Assembly (NCBI GenBank): GCA_965223505.1
Contig: CBDCWP010000041.1
Coordinates: 33,800 to 97,799, forward strand
Direction of reading: 5' to 3'
Source of the DNA: Planctomycetota bacterium
GTDB taxonomy: Bacteria > Planctomycetota > PLA2 > JAEUHO01
Length of the DNA: 64,000 nucleotides
The first letter of the stretch is position 1, and every line of letters begins with the position of its first letter. Below the pieces are notes generated by a model that saw only the letters and a list, made by a program, of their open reading frames with translations, had not been told where the DNA came from and made no database searches. Positions 19,104-27,887 of this stretch are shown here, piece by piece. The position numbers and the translations under genes were made by a program.

Positions 19104-22100
19104 ATGGCTGACGCCCCCGCGTTCTCGACCGATGCCAAGCCGCGGCGGCCGCGCCGGTGGACCCGGCGGCTGCTTTGGTTCATGTTCTTCCTGGTGGTCC
19201 TGCTGATCGTGAGCCCGCTGGCGCTCGCGATCGGACCGGTCCGCGACGCGGTGGCGGACAAGATCGGCGACGCCGTCGGACGCAGGGTGACGATCGGGGA
19301 CGCGTTCGCGTTCTGGGGCCACGGGATCGACCTCGAAGACGTCACGGTCGAGAGCCCCAAGGGTTTCGACGGACCGCTGGCGACCATCGAGAAGATCCAC
19401 GCGAAGATCGACCTGCTCGCGCTCGCCGGCGGGACCGTCGACGCGTCGGTCGAGGTCACCAAACCCCACGTGACGCTGCGGCGCAACGCCAGGAACGCGG
19501 GCAACACCGACGACCTGTTCGTGTCGGACGAAGACGAGCCGGCGACGAAGAGCGGCGCCCGTCCGCGCATCCATCTGGTCGTGACGGACGGGACCATCGA
19601 ATCGGTTCCGACGGGCGGCGCGAGCGGCTCCGATACGGGACGCATCGAAGACCTGAACCTGGCGGTCTTGCTCGCGGGCGACGGCGGCACGTCGGTGACG
19701 TTGCGAGCGACGGCGGTGGGCGCGCAGGTCGGCGGCGCCGACGCCGAGATCTCGGCGAGCATCGGTCTCGACGGCAACGGCGCCGGTCCCATCGAATTCG
19801 CGACGCCGCCGCTCGACCTGGGCCGTCTCGCGGCGCTGGTGGAAGGCGCGAGCGGCGTCAGCAACCTGACGGGTCAGCTCCAGGCAACCGGCAAGGCGTC
19901 GGTGCAACGCGTCGGCGAGGACTACAACGTCGACGGCCACATCGACATCGACGGCGAACGCATCGCCGCGCTCGGCGGGGACGACGTTCGCGTGTCCCTG
20001 GCGAAGCTCGTCGCCCACATCGGGCTGTCCGGCGACGGGACCCGAACGACAGGCGACCTGCGGGTCACCGCGGAGCAGTTCCAGGTCGGCAGGCAGACGT
20101 CGACCGCGCCCGCGTACGCGGAACCGCGGATCCAGCTCAACGCGACCGGTTCGTTCGACGCCGCTGCCGAGACGATCGAGATCAAGACGGGCGGGCTCAC
20201 GGCGGGGCGCACCGCTGCCGTGGACTTGCGCGAGCCGTGGCGCGTCTCGCTGTCGCCGATGCGGGCGGTCGGCATCGTCGGCCTGCATGCGAACCTCGCC
20301 CAGCTCGCGCGGCTCAGCCCGCTCGTTCCCGCACTGGAGAAGATCCGCGGCGGCGGTTTGAACTTCGGCATCCGAGGCAACGACGCGGACGGTCTGGACC
20401 TGTCACTCGGCGCGGAGGTGACCAATCTCACGTTCGACGCGGGCGGGTCGGTCGTGCGTGAACCGAAGGTCCTCGCGCAGGCGCGCTGGCGCTCCGTCGA
20501 GGACGACGTGAGCCGTCTCGACGTGTACAGCCTCACGAGCAGCGCGGTGTCCTTGACGTCCACGAGCACGGGTACGCCGTTCGTGCTGCATCTGCGTGAT
20601 TCGGGACCGAGCCTCGATGGACCGCTCGGCATGCGCGTAGACCTCGGCGCGTTGTCCGACCTTCTCGGCGGCGTGATGGGACTCGAGCCGGGAGAGCGCA
20701 TGACCGGCAGCGTCGTCGTGACCGGCGAGGCCAAAGGCGACGACAAGCGGTCGTCGGCGAACGCACACGTGAAGATCTCGGCGCTGACGCTGCCTGCATC
20801 GTGGCTCGCGTTCCGCCGCCCGGGCACGCTCGACTTCGACGTCAGCATGAGCGGCAATCCCGGTGACACGCGGATTCGCGCGACGAACCTCGTGGGCATG
20901 GGGCACAGCGGACAGATCACGGCACGACTGTCGGAGACCGACGGCGAGACCAACCTGTCCGAGGCGATCCTCGACCTGGACGTCGACTTGGCGCAGGCGC
21001 AGCCGTACGTCGGCTCGTTGCTGGGCGTCGAAACCGGCGGGCGGCTGCAGGGTGTCGCCAAGTGCGATTTGCGGTTGATCACGAACGGCAACGACCGCAC
21101 GGCGTCGGGCTTCGTCGTCGGACGCGAAGTGGTGTGGCAGCGCACCGGGCTCGATCCCGTGCTGCCGAAACAGACGGTGCGAGTCGACCTCGACGCGACG
21201 ATGCGTCCCGAGGGCGGCCGGCATGTCGCGAAGAAGCTGTCCTTGGCGCTCGACGGCTTGCAGATCGATCTCTCGGGCTCGACCTTCGGCACCGGCGACG
21301 ACGACGACATCGATGTGCGCGCGCGCATCACCGGCGACGCCGCCCGGCTGGCGCCGAGCCTCGCCGCGTATCTCGGCAGCGACTACGCCGACCTGCGCGG
21401 CCGCGGGCCGATCGACGGCTCCGGCACGTTCGGCGGCTCGACCGGGGACAACGGACGCGATCTCGAGCTCGACTTGACGCTTTCCCCGGGCAGCTGGACG
21501 ACGTCGGGACTGCGCATCGAGAACCCGTCCTTCTCCGCGCGGCGTACGGGCACGAGCGCGAAGCTCGTCGCGTCGCTCGAGTCCAAGCTGAACGGCGGCA
21601 ACGTTCGGCTCAGCGCGCAAGGCAAGCTGGGCGAGGACTTCGGGATTCCGTGGGACGCGGTCCTGACCGCGCGACAGGTCGACACCTCGGGTTGGGTGAC
21701 CGGCAAGGGACCGGCCCGCTTTCTGCTGTTCGCGCTTCCCGCGATCGTACCCGCGAACAGCTCGTCGCCGGCGCTTTCGGGCCTGCTCGACGCGGAGCTC
21801 AAGCTCGCTTCGACGGACATCAGCGACCCCGCTCTGATGCACGACCTCGTCGGCGACGGCGAGGTCCACATGCGCGAAGGCACGGTGCAGGACTCGACGC
21901 TGTTCCGCGGCCTCGGCGGCGGCAGGGGCCTCGGCCAGGTCGGCAAGATCCTGGCCGTCACCGTGCCCGAGGTGGGCTCGACGCTGACGTCGGTTTCGAA
22001 GGCGCTTTCGTTCACGAAGCTCGACTCGGAGTTCAACGTCGGCCGGCGCGTGGTGACGCTGCTGAGGACCGAGCTGGACGGACCGGTGTTGTCGCTGTCG

Positions 22101-22358
22101 ATGACGGGGACCGTCGACTTCGACAAGCGGCTCGACCTCGTCGCAAAGCCACGGTTCCTGGGCGGCGTCGGCAAGAAGCTCAGCAAGGTGGTGCCGACCG
22201 CGGTGATCCCGCTGAGGGTGCAAGGCAAGATCGGCGACGCGAAGGTCACGCCGGCGTTGTCGATGACGGATCTGTCGCCGGGCGCGCTCGAGGGTGTGGG
22301 CGACATCGGCAAGAAGGCCAAGGACAAGCTCAAGGACTTGATCGGCGGCGGAAAGTAG
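19104..22358 (+). CDS. AsmA-like large envelope protein
   Basis: N-terminal TM, 'VADKIGDAVGRRVTIGD', long beta-rich body, and AsmA-type C-terminus 'FTKLDSEF..G...L.G....GTVDFD..LDL...IPLRVQG.I..'. GGAG RBS. Confidence 0.75.
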   Translation: MADAPAFSTDAKPRRPRRWTRRLLWFMFFLVVLLIVSPLALAIGPVRDAVADKIGDAVGRRVTIGDAFAFWGHGIDLEDVTVESPKGFDGPLATIEKIHAKIDLLALAGGTVDASVEVTKPHVTLRRNARNAGNTDDLFVSDEDEPATKSGARPRIHLVVTDGTIESVPTGGASGSDTGRIEDLNLAVLLAGDGGTSVTLRATAVGAQVGGADAEISASIGLDGNGAGPIEFATPPLDLGRLAALVEGASGVSNLTGQLQATGKASVQRVGEDYNVDGHIDIDGERIAALGGDDVRVSLAKLVAHIGLSGDGTRTTGDLRVTAEQFQVGRQTSTAPAYAEPRIQLNATGSFDAAAETIEIKTGGLTAGRTAAVDLREPWRVSLSPMRAVGIVGLHANLAQLARLSPLVPALEKIRGGGLNFGIRGNDADGLDLSLGAEVTNLTFDAGGSVVREPKVLAQARWRSVEDDVSRLDVYSLTSSAVSLTSTSTGTPFVLHLRDSGPSLDGPLGMRVDLGALSDLLGGVMGLEPGERMTGSVVVTGEAKGDDKRSSANAHVKISALTLPASWLAFRRPGTLDFDVSMSGNPGDTRIRATNLVGMGHSGQITARLSETDGETNLSEAILDLDVDLAQAQPYVGSLLGVETGGRLQGVAKCDLRLITNGNDRTASGFVVGREVVWQRTGLDPVLPKQTVRVDLDATMRPEGGRHVAKKLSLALDGLQIDLSGSTFGTGDDDDIDVRARITGDAARLAPSLAAYLGSDYADLRGRGPIDGSGTFGGSTGDNGRDLELDLTLSPGSWTTSGLRIENPSFSARRTGTSAKLVASLESKLNGGNVRLSAQGKLGEDFGIPWDAVLTARQVDTSGWVTGKGPARFLLFALPAIVPANSSSPALSGLLDAELKLASTDISDPALMHDLVGDGEVHMREGTVQDSTLFRGLGGGRGLGQVGKILAVTVPEVGSTLTSVSKALSFTKLDSEFNVGRRVVTLLRTELDGPVLSLSMTGTVDFDKRLDLVAKPRFLGGVGKKLSKVVPTAVIPLRVQGKIGDAKVTPALSMTDLSPGALEGVGDIGKKAKDKLKDLIGGGK

Positions 22359-22387
22359 ACGGGTCGCAAGGCGGGCCGCGGCGCGCC

Positions 22388-24325
22388 CTACTGGAACACG
22401 GGCTCGCTGTACTTCTCGGACGTGCGGATGCCGATCTGGCCGGGCTTGAGCTTGATCTCGACCGTCTCCTCTCCCCGGCGAACGACCATCACCACTGCCT
22501 CGGCCTCGCCTTCGGCCGCGGCCTCGATCTGTTCACGCAGCGACTTCTGGTCCGTCACCTCGACGCCGTTGTACGAAACGAGCAGGTCCCCGACCTGGAC
22601 GCCTTGCGCCTTCGCCTGACCGCGCGGCGCCACGAACCCGATCGAAAGCCCCAACACCTTCAGGCGCTCCTTCAGCGAGGCGACGTCGAGCTCGTCGCCT
22701 TCCTCCCGCCCCTCGTAGCGCTTGCTGCTTCGCCCTTCACGCACGCACCTGCGCCGCAGCACCTCTCTCACGGCGCGGTAGCAGTTGATGAGGCCGTGCC
22801 CCGTCTCGTAGTCCACGCCCTTCGCCGCGATGTCGAGCGCCGTGCCGGTGATGATCTCCCGCAGGTCCCAGGGCAGGAGGTCGGGATCGGCGGAGAGCAT
22901 GAGCGAGATCGAGCCGCAGAACATCGGACCCGCGAACGAGTTGCCGTTGAGCCCGCCCTCGCGCACGGTGCCGTTGCGAAAGAGCCACGGCAGCCCGAAG
23001 TTGAACGCGCAGACGGCCGGTTTCTGGACCGTGCCGTCCTTGTAGTGCTCCGTGTTCCATTCGACCGGCCCCTTGCTCGACGTCGCGGTTCGCGTCAGGT
23101 CGCGATGAACGCCGGCCGCGGCGAAGACGGCGCCGGGGATGTCCTCCGGTTGCCGCATCTGGACGGGCACCTTCTGCTGCAACGCGAAGTTGCCGGCGCC
23201 GGAGACGAAGCACACGCCGCAGAACGAACCGTGCTCCATGAGCTTGCGCCAATGCGAGCGGTGCTCGCCTTTGCCGGGCACCGAGAAGCTCATGCTGTAG
23301 GTGTCGGCGTGTTGCTCGACCGCCCACTGCACCGCGGCTTCCATGCGCCGCGCCGAGATCACGCCCGCCCACGTTCCTTCCGGCGCGATGCCGAACTCGT
23401 ACTCGTGTCCTTCCGCGCCGGACCCGCAGATGATGGCGCCGCAGATGAACCCGTGAAGCGCCGCGCCACCGCCGCCGCCGGGGGGGACCTTGATGGTGGT
23501 GAGCACCTGCGAGTTCCAGTTGAAGTTGAACCCGTGGTAGTCGTCGACGAGCCCGTTCTCGTCGTCGTCCACGCCGTTGCCCGGAATCTCACCGGCATTG
23601 CGATGCAGATTGCTGGTCGTGTTGGGCGAGAAGAGGAAGTTGTGGTCGTGAATGATGTTGAGCGTGCCGCGCCCAGTCACGCCCAGGTCCTTCCACACGC
23701 GGTCGGCGAGCAGATAGCGCACGTACCACGGATGCTTGTACCGCGCCGGGTCGAACGCCGGTTCGTCGGTCGTCGGCTTGTAGACGGGTGATTCGCCCGG
23801 CCGCGGCTGCTGCAAGGGGCGCCAGGACGAGTCGACGAAGATCTTGCGCACGCCCGCGACGTTCTTCAGCGCTTCGAGCCCGTCCCTGGTGACGCCGCAC
23901 GCGAAACCGTTCACGATCCAGAACCGATCGACGTTGCGGATGCCCTCGTTTTCGATCAGGGCGTCGAGGTCCTTCTTCGCGGCGGCCCACGACCGGTCGG
24001 CGATCGCCTTGAGCGTCTTCGCAACGGCAACGCGGAGCTCGGTACGCTTCGCGCCGGCGAACTCCTTCGCGCGCCGCTCGTACGCCTTGCCGTCGCCGAG
24101 GAACTGATCCTCGAACCAGATCGTGGCGCGGATGCGCTCGCCTCGGTCGAACGCGTTCTCGAAGCGTGGGTCGACCCACACGCCGCGGCCCTCGAGCTTC
24201 TCGGACTCCAGCAACCCCTCCCCTGCGGGAGGCACCCGCTCGGGGCCGGCCTCGGCCTTGACGGCCGCGAGGACGACGCTCGTGACGAGGAAGAACAACG
24301 CCGGCACCGATCGCGTTCGATTCAT
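22388..24325 (-). CDS. Secreted subtilisin-like S8 peptidase with C-terminal PDZ domain
   Basis: Signal peptide; D 'GVTGRGTLNIIHD', H 'LHGFICG', oxyanion 'GAGN', S 'NGNSFAGP'; 'GEIPGNGVDDDENGLVDDYHGFNF' insert; PDZ 'QAKAQGVQVGDLLVSYNG'. Confidence 0.85.
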   Translation of the reverse strand: MNRTRSVPALFFLVTSVVLAAVKAEAGPERVPPAGEGLLESEKLEGRGVWVDPRFENAFDRGERIRATIWFEDQFLGDGKAYERRAKEFAGAKRTELRVAVAKTLKAIADRSWAAAKKDLDALIENEGIRNVDRFWIVNGFACGVTRDGLEALKNVAGVRKIFVDSSWRPLQQPRPGESPVYKPTTDEPAFDPARYKHPWYVRYLLADRVWKDLGVTGRGTLNIIHDHNFLFSPNTTSNLHRNAGEIPGNGVDDDENGLVDDYHGFNFNWNSQVLTTIKVPPGGGGGAALHGFICGAIICGSGAEGHEYEFGIAPEGTWAGVISARRMEAAVQWAVEQHADTYSMSFSVPGKGEHRSHWRKLMEHGSFCGVCFVSGAGNFALQQKVPVQMRQPEDIPGAVFAAAGVHRDLTRTATSSKGPVEWNTEHYKDGTVQKPAVCAFNFGLPWLFRNGTVREGGLNGNSFAGPMFCGSISLMLSADPDLLPWDLREIITGTALDIAAKGVDYETGHGLINCYRAVREVLRRRCVREGRSSKRYEGREEGDELDVASLKERLKVLGLSIGFVAPRGQAKAQGVQVGDLLVSYNGVEVTDQKSLREQIEAAAEGEAEAVVMVVRRGEETVEIKLKPGQIGIRTSEKYSEPVFQ

Positions 24326-24346
24326 GTCGCGCGAGTCTACCGGTTG

Positions 24347-24691
24347 CTATGCGTCGCGATCCACCCATACGCGCAACGCGCCGAGCGAGCGCAGGAGCCC
24401 CGAGAGCCGCAAGTGGGTGTCGTGCGTCTGCAGGCTCACGCGCACTTGCGCGCCGACCGCCCGCGCATGGGGACCCAGCGTCCAATCGACGTCCTCGCCG
24501 AGCACCCACGCGTACTCGCTCGTCTCGACGCCGAACGGCTCGAACAGCTCCGGTCCCGGCATCTCCGTTCCGTCGAGAATCCAGCGAAACCACTGGTTCA
24601 GCGCGTCGGCGACCTGGTCCGCGACGACGTCGTCGACGAACGCGCCGGCGACTTCGCCGATCGGATCGCCCTCGGGTTCGTCGGTGTCCAT
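24347..24691 (-). CDS. Hypothetical acidic protein (114 aa)
   Basis: Fills the gap between comF and the peptidase gene; TACGAT lies 7 nt before the ATG. Confidence 0.65.
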   Translation of the reverse strand: MDTDEPEGDPIGEVAGAFVDDVVADQVADALNQWFRWILDGTEMPGPELFEPFGVETSEYAWVLGEDVDWTLGPHARAVGAQVRVSLQTHDTHLRLSGLLRSLGALRVWVDRDA

Positions 24692-24712
24692 CCGCGGGAT
24701 CGTACGCCGCGA

Positions 24713-25468
24713 TCAGCCGAGCTCCGCCCTGCAAACGACCGCCGCGACGACGGCGCTCGCGCCCGCCCGGCGAAGCGCCAGCGCGCAGGCCCGTGCCGTC
24801 GCGCCGGTCGTGAGCACGTCGTCCACGAGCAGGACGCAGCGGCCCTCGACCCGCGTGGCATCGGCACGATACGCGCCTTGCTGCGCCCGCCGCCGCCCGC
24901 TTCGCGTGAGCTCCGTCTGCGGCCGCGTCTCACGGACCCGTCGCAAGGCTCGGCCGCTGTACGCGACACCGACGCGGCGCGCGAGGGGCCGGGCGAGGAG
25001 AACGGACTGGTTGTAGCCCCGCACACGCTCGCGCCGGGGACCGAGCGGCACCGGCACGATCAGATCACCGGGAATGCGCGCTTGCCAGAGCGCGTCCGCC
25101 AGCGCGTCGGCGAGCAAGGACGCCACCGGCGCCCGCGAACGGAACTTCAAGGCCAACACGAGCTCGCGCGGAGGGCCGGCGTAGGGATACGCCGCGACCA
25201 CCCTCGCCACGGGGCCGGGTCGATCATCGACCGAGAGCGGATCGTCCGTCGCGAACGGGCCGGTGCAACGCGGACAGCCGCCGTTCACCAGCGCTTGAAC
25301 GGGCCCCAGTCGACGCGCGCAGCGTGGGCAGCGCTCGACGGGCGCCGGCATGCCGGCGCCGCAGCGGGGACACAAGGCCCCGGCCCAAGCGGGGGCGTCG
25401 CACGCGAGGCAGCGGGGTGGGAAGAACAGATCCCGGAAGCTCTGCAGCAGGACGCCGGCGGAGGTCAT
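24713..25468 (-). CDS. comF: ComF-family protein (double zinc ribbon + PRT domain)
   Basis: 'PPRCLAC...LCPRC...CPRC...CPRC', 'PVPL...R..RGYNQS', 'LLVDDVLTTGAT'. Confidence 0.93.
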   Translation of the reverse strand: MTSAGVLLQSFRDLFFPPRCLACDAPAWAGALCPRCGAGMPAPVERCPRCARRLGPVQALVNGGCPRCTGPFATDDPLSVDDRPGPVARVVAAYPYAGPPRELVLALKFRSRAPVASLLADALADALWQARIPGDLIVPVPLGPRRERVRGYNQSVLLARPLARRVGVAYSGRALRRVRETRPQTELTRSGRRRAQQGAYRADATRVEGRCVLLVDDVLTTGATARACALALRRAGASAVVAAVVCRAELG

Positions 25469-25514
25469 GGAAGGACTTCGTGCGGCGCCTCGCATCGGGT
25501 ACGCCGGCCGCGAC

Positions 25515-25688
25515 TCAGCGCATGTGGCGCTCGAAGTCGAGCGCGAGCCGCAGGTTGTCCCAGCCCGTCAGTTCGGCGATCGCGGCCAAAGCCAGGAGCG
25601 CGACCCAGCCCCACGCGAGCCACGGCAGCCACTGCCCGCCGACGGTCTTCTGGTCCTGCTCGTGCATGTCGCGTGAGTCGTTCGCCAC
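25515..25688 (-). CDS. Small single-TM protein (57 aa)
   Basis: GGAGG RBS 10 nt before a GTG; Trp-rich hydrophobic helix 'WLPWLAWGWVALLALAAIAELTGW'. Confidence 0.6.
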   Translation of the reverse strand: MANDSRDMHEQDQKTVGGQWLPWLAWGWVALLALAAIAELTGWDNLRLALDFERHMR

Positions 25689-25762
25689 GGTTTGGTTTCC
25701 TCCCCATGGACCCGAACGTACGATGCCTGCCCCCGCTTCCATGGGTACTGGAAACCGAGGAT

Positions 25763-27886
25763 ATGCCGACGCGCCGTCACGCGCATCTCTTGCTGCCGTC
25801 GCCGCTCGGGTTGCTCGAGTACGACGTGCTCGAGGACGCGGTCTTCCTCGGCCCCGGCAAGCGCTCCGGACTTCAAGCCAAGCCCGCCCCCTTCAAGCAG
25901 GCTTCGGTCGCGCTGACCAAGAGCGACGGCGGCTACGTCGCGCGCGCGTTGCCCGGCGAGAACGCGCCCGACATCAACGGCTCGCCTGCGGAGGAACGCA
26001 AGCTGAAGGACGGCGACCGCATTCGCATCGGTGATCAGGTCGCGCTGTTTCGAACCGACCGCGGTCCGGTCCGCGTCGCGGCGGAAGCCAAGCCGGCGAC
26101 CGTGCACGAGCGCCGGTCGCGTTCCGCGGAACCACGCCGCGGCGGCCGCGAGCGGAAATCGAGCCGACCGGATCGGCGCGTCGCGGCGACCGTCGGCTTG
26201 ATCGCCGCGGCGGTAGTGCTCGGCGCCGTCGTACGCGCCGTCGGCCATCTCAAGGACGTGCAGCACGAAGAGCAGTCGTCGCTGTCCGACCTGCCGTTGG
26301 TTCCGATCGTTCCCTCCGGCGACGAAGACCTCGCCGCGCGCGAGTACAAGCTCCTCGTTGCGTACGAGCAGAACAATCCGAACCGGTTCAAGGCGCTCGT
26401 CGAGCGCTTCCGCGGTTTCGTGAACAAGCATCCGGGCCGGCCGGAGGTCGACGCCGCGCAAGCCAAGCTGCGCGAGATCATGACGACCTGGGCAGAGCGC
26501 GAACGCGGCAAGCTCGAAGAGGAAGTCGACGGCGCCGTCGCCGCGCAGCAGTTCTCGCGGGCGCTGCGGCGCATCCGCGAGTTCGAGAGCCGGTTCGGCG
26601 CAACGCGCGCCGGACAAGGCACGGAGCCGCTTCGCGACCACGTGCGCGAGAGAGCGCGTGAGGCGCTCGACGCCATCAAGAACGACGCCGCACCGCTCAT
26701 CGACAAGAACGCCCGGCTCGCGCACAACATCCTCGTGAGCGCGGGCGCGAGCTTCCCGCCGGACATGGCGGCCGAGATCACCGAGCTGCTGCGCCGCGCG
26801 CGCCTGCGCATGCGCGAGGACGCGAAGAGCGGCGACGGCCGGAACCCGCGTGCACTGCCCCCCAAGCGCAGGGACGAGCCACGCAAGAAGCCGCCGGGCG
26901 TTCCGCAGCCGCTGGATCCGGATCCGAGCATGGGGGAAGGCGAGGAACCGAGCGAGCCGAAGGCGCCGAACGAGCGCAAGGAGGAGCAGGCGCGCGAGGC
27001 CTGGCGACTCGCGCGCGCGGACCTGACGGCGAAGCAGTACGAGGACGCGCTTCGCGGCTACACGATCCTGACGCAGCAGTACGCCGACAGCGAGACGTAC
27101 CAGAAGAACAAGGACAAGATCGCGATGGGCCGTCTCGCCGCGAAGGCCGGCGTCGAGGGACCCGCCGCGCTCGTTTCGGTCGACGCGACGATGAATCGCG
27201 GGCGCATCGAGCTCGAGTACAACTTCGACAAGATCGAGGTCTACGAGAACGACTTCACCGAGGAACAGCCGTTCTCGAGCGCGCACGCCGTCGACGTCAA
27301 GCTCAAGCGCGGCAAGGTCTCCATGGCCGGCGCGAGCGGCGTCCTCCACCGGCTCGTGTTCTTGCCCGACGTTCGCGTGGAGGCGCTGGTGACCGCCGAG
27401 GTCGCCCACGACTTCGGCCTGCTGGCGGTCGAAGAGTCGGACAAGTACCGCGCGTTGATCTTCTCGATCAACAACACCGAGTTCAAGCTGAAGAAGGGCG
27501 ACAACCGGAAGGCCAATCCGGGCCACGTGCTGTGGTACGTGGGTGAAGGCGTCTGGTCCGCGGCCGACGAAGGCGCGCACGGGTTCATCAAGATCGCGGA
27601 GCGCTCGACGTCGAAGCTGGAAGGCGGCGAGAAGTTCCGTATGGAGCTCGAGCGCCGCAAGAACGACCTGTGCGAGGCGGGCTTCGGCGCGAAGTCCGAC
27701 GGCGTTCACCTCAAGGGCAAGGTTCGCGGCGACGACGGCAGCGGCATGAAGTCGGCGCGCGTGGGCGTGTTCACCAACACCGGCATCATCACGCTCCATC
27801 AGCTCAAGATCTCGGGCAAGGTCGACATGGCGTGGTTCGAGAAGGAGCTGGAGTGGCTGGCTTCGGCGGATCCGGGGCCGCAGTAG
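25763..27886 (+). CDS. Membrane protein with N-terminal FHA-like domain and large C-terminal domain
   Basis: 'INGSP....LKDGDRIRIGD' FHA C-terminal signature, TM 'VAATVGLIAAAVVLGAVV', then helical and beta-rich regions. GAGG RBS before ATG 25763. Confidence 0.8.
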   Translation: MPTRRHAHLLLPSPLGLLEYDVLEDAVFLGPGKRSGLQAKPAPFKQASVALTKSDGGYVARALPGENAPDINGSPAEERKLKDGDRIRIGDQVALFRTDRGPVRVAAEAKPATVHERRSRSAEPRRGGRERKSSRPDRRVAATVGLIAAAVVLGAVVRAVGHLKDVQHEEQSSLSDLPLVPIVPSGDEDLAAREYKLLVAYEQNNPNRFKALVERFRGFVNKHPGRPEVDAAQAKLREIMTTWAERERGKLEEEVDGAVAAQQFSRALRRIREFESRFGATRAGQGTEPLRDHVRERAREALDAIKNDAAPLIDKNARLAHNILVSAGASFPPDMAAEITELLRRARLRMREDAKSGDGRNPRALPPKRRDEPRKKPPGVPQPLDPDPSMGEGEEPSEPKAPNERKEEQAREAWRLARADLTAKQYEDALRGYTILTQQYADSETYQKNKDKIAMGRLAAKAGVEGPAALVSVDATMNRGRIELEYNFDKIEVYENDFTEEQPFSSAHAVDVKLKRGKVSMAGASGVLHRLVFLPDVRVEALVTAEVAHDFGLLAVEESDKYRALIFSINNTEFKLKKGDNRKANPGHVLWYVGEGVWSAADEGAHGFIKIAERSTSKLEGGEKFRMELERRKNDLCEAGFGAKSDGVHLKGKVRGDDGSGMKSARVGVFTNTGIITLHQLKISGKVDMAWFEKELEWLASADPGPQ

Positions 27887-27887
27887 G

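Noticed and set aside
24347-24715. Possible Sec read-through of the comF UGA into the in-frame 114-aa ORF
   Set aside because: The UGA falls at the normal ComF C-terminus, not at a conserved Cys position. There is no convincing SECIS, and the downstream ORF has its own TACGAT-7-ATG signal.
24344-25762. N-terminal 473 codons of the 1180-aa ORF
   Set aside because: Antisense to comF and its neighbours. The real gene starts at ATG 25763.
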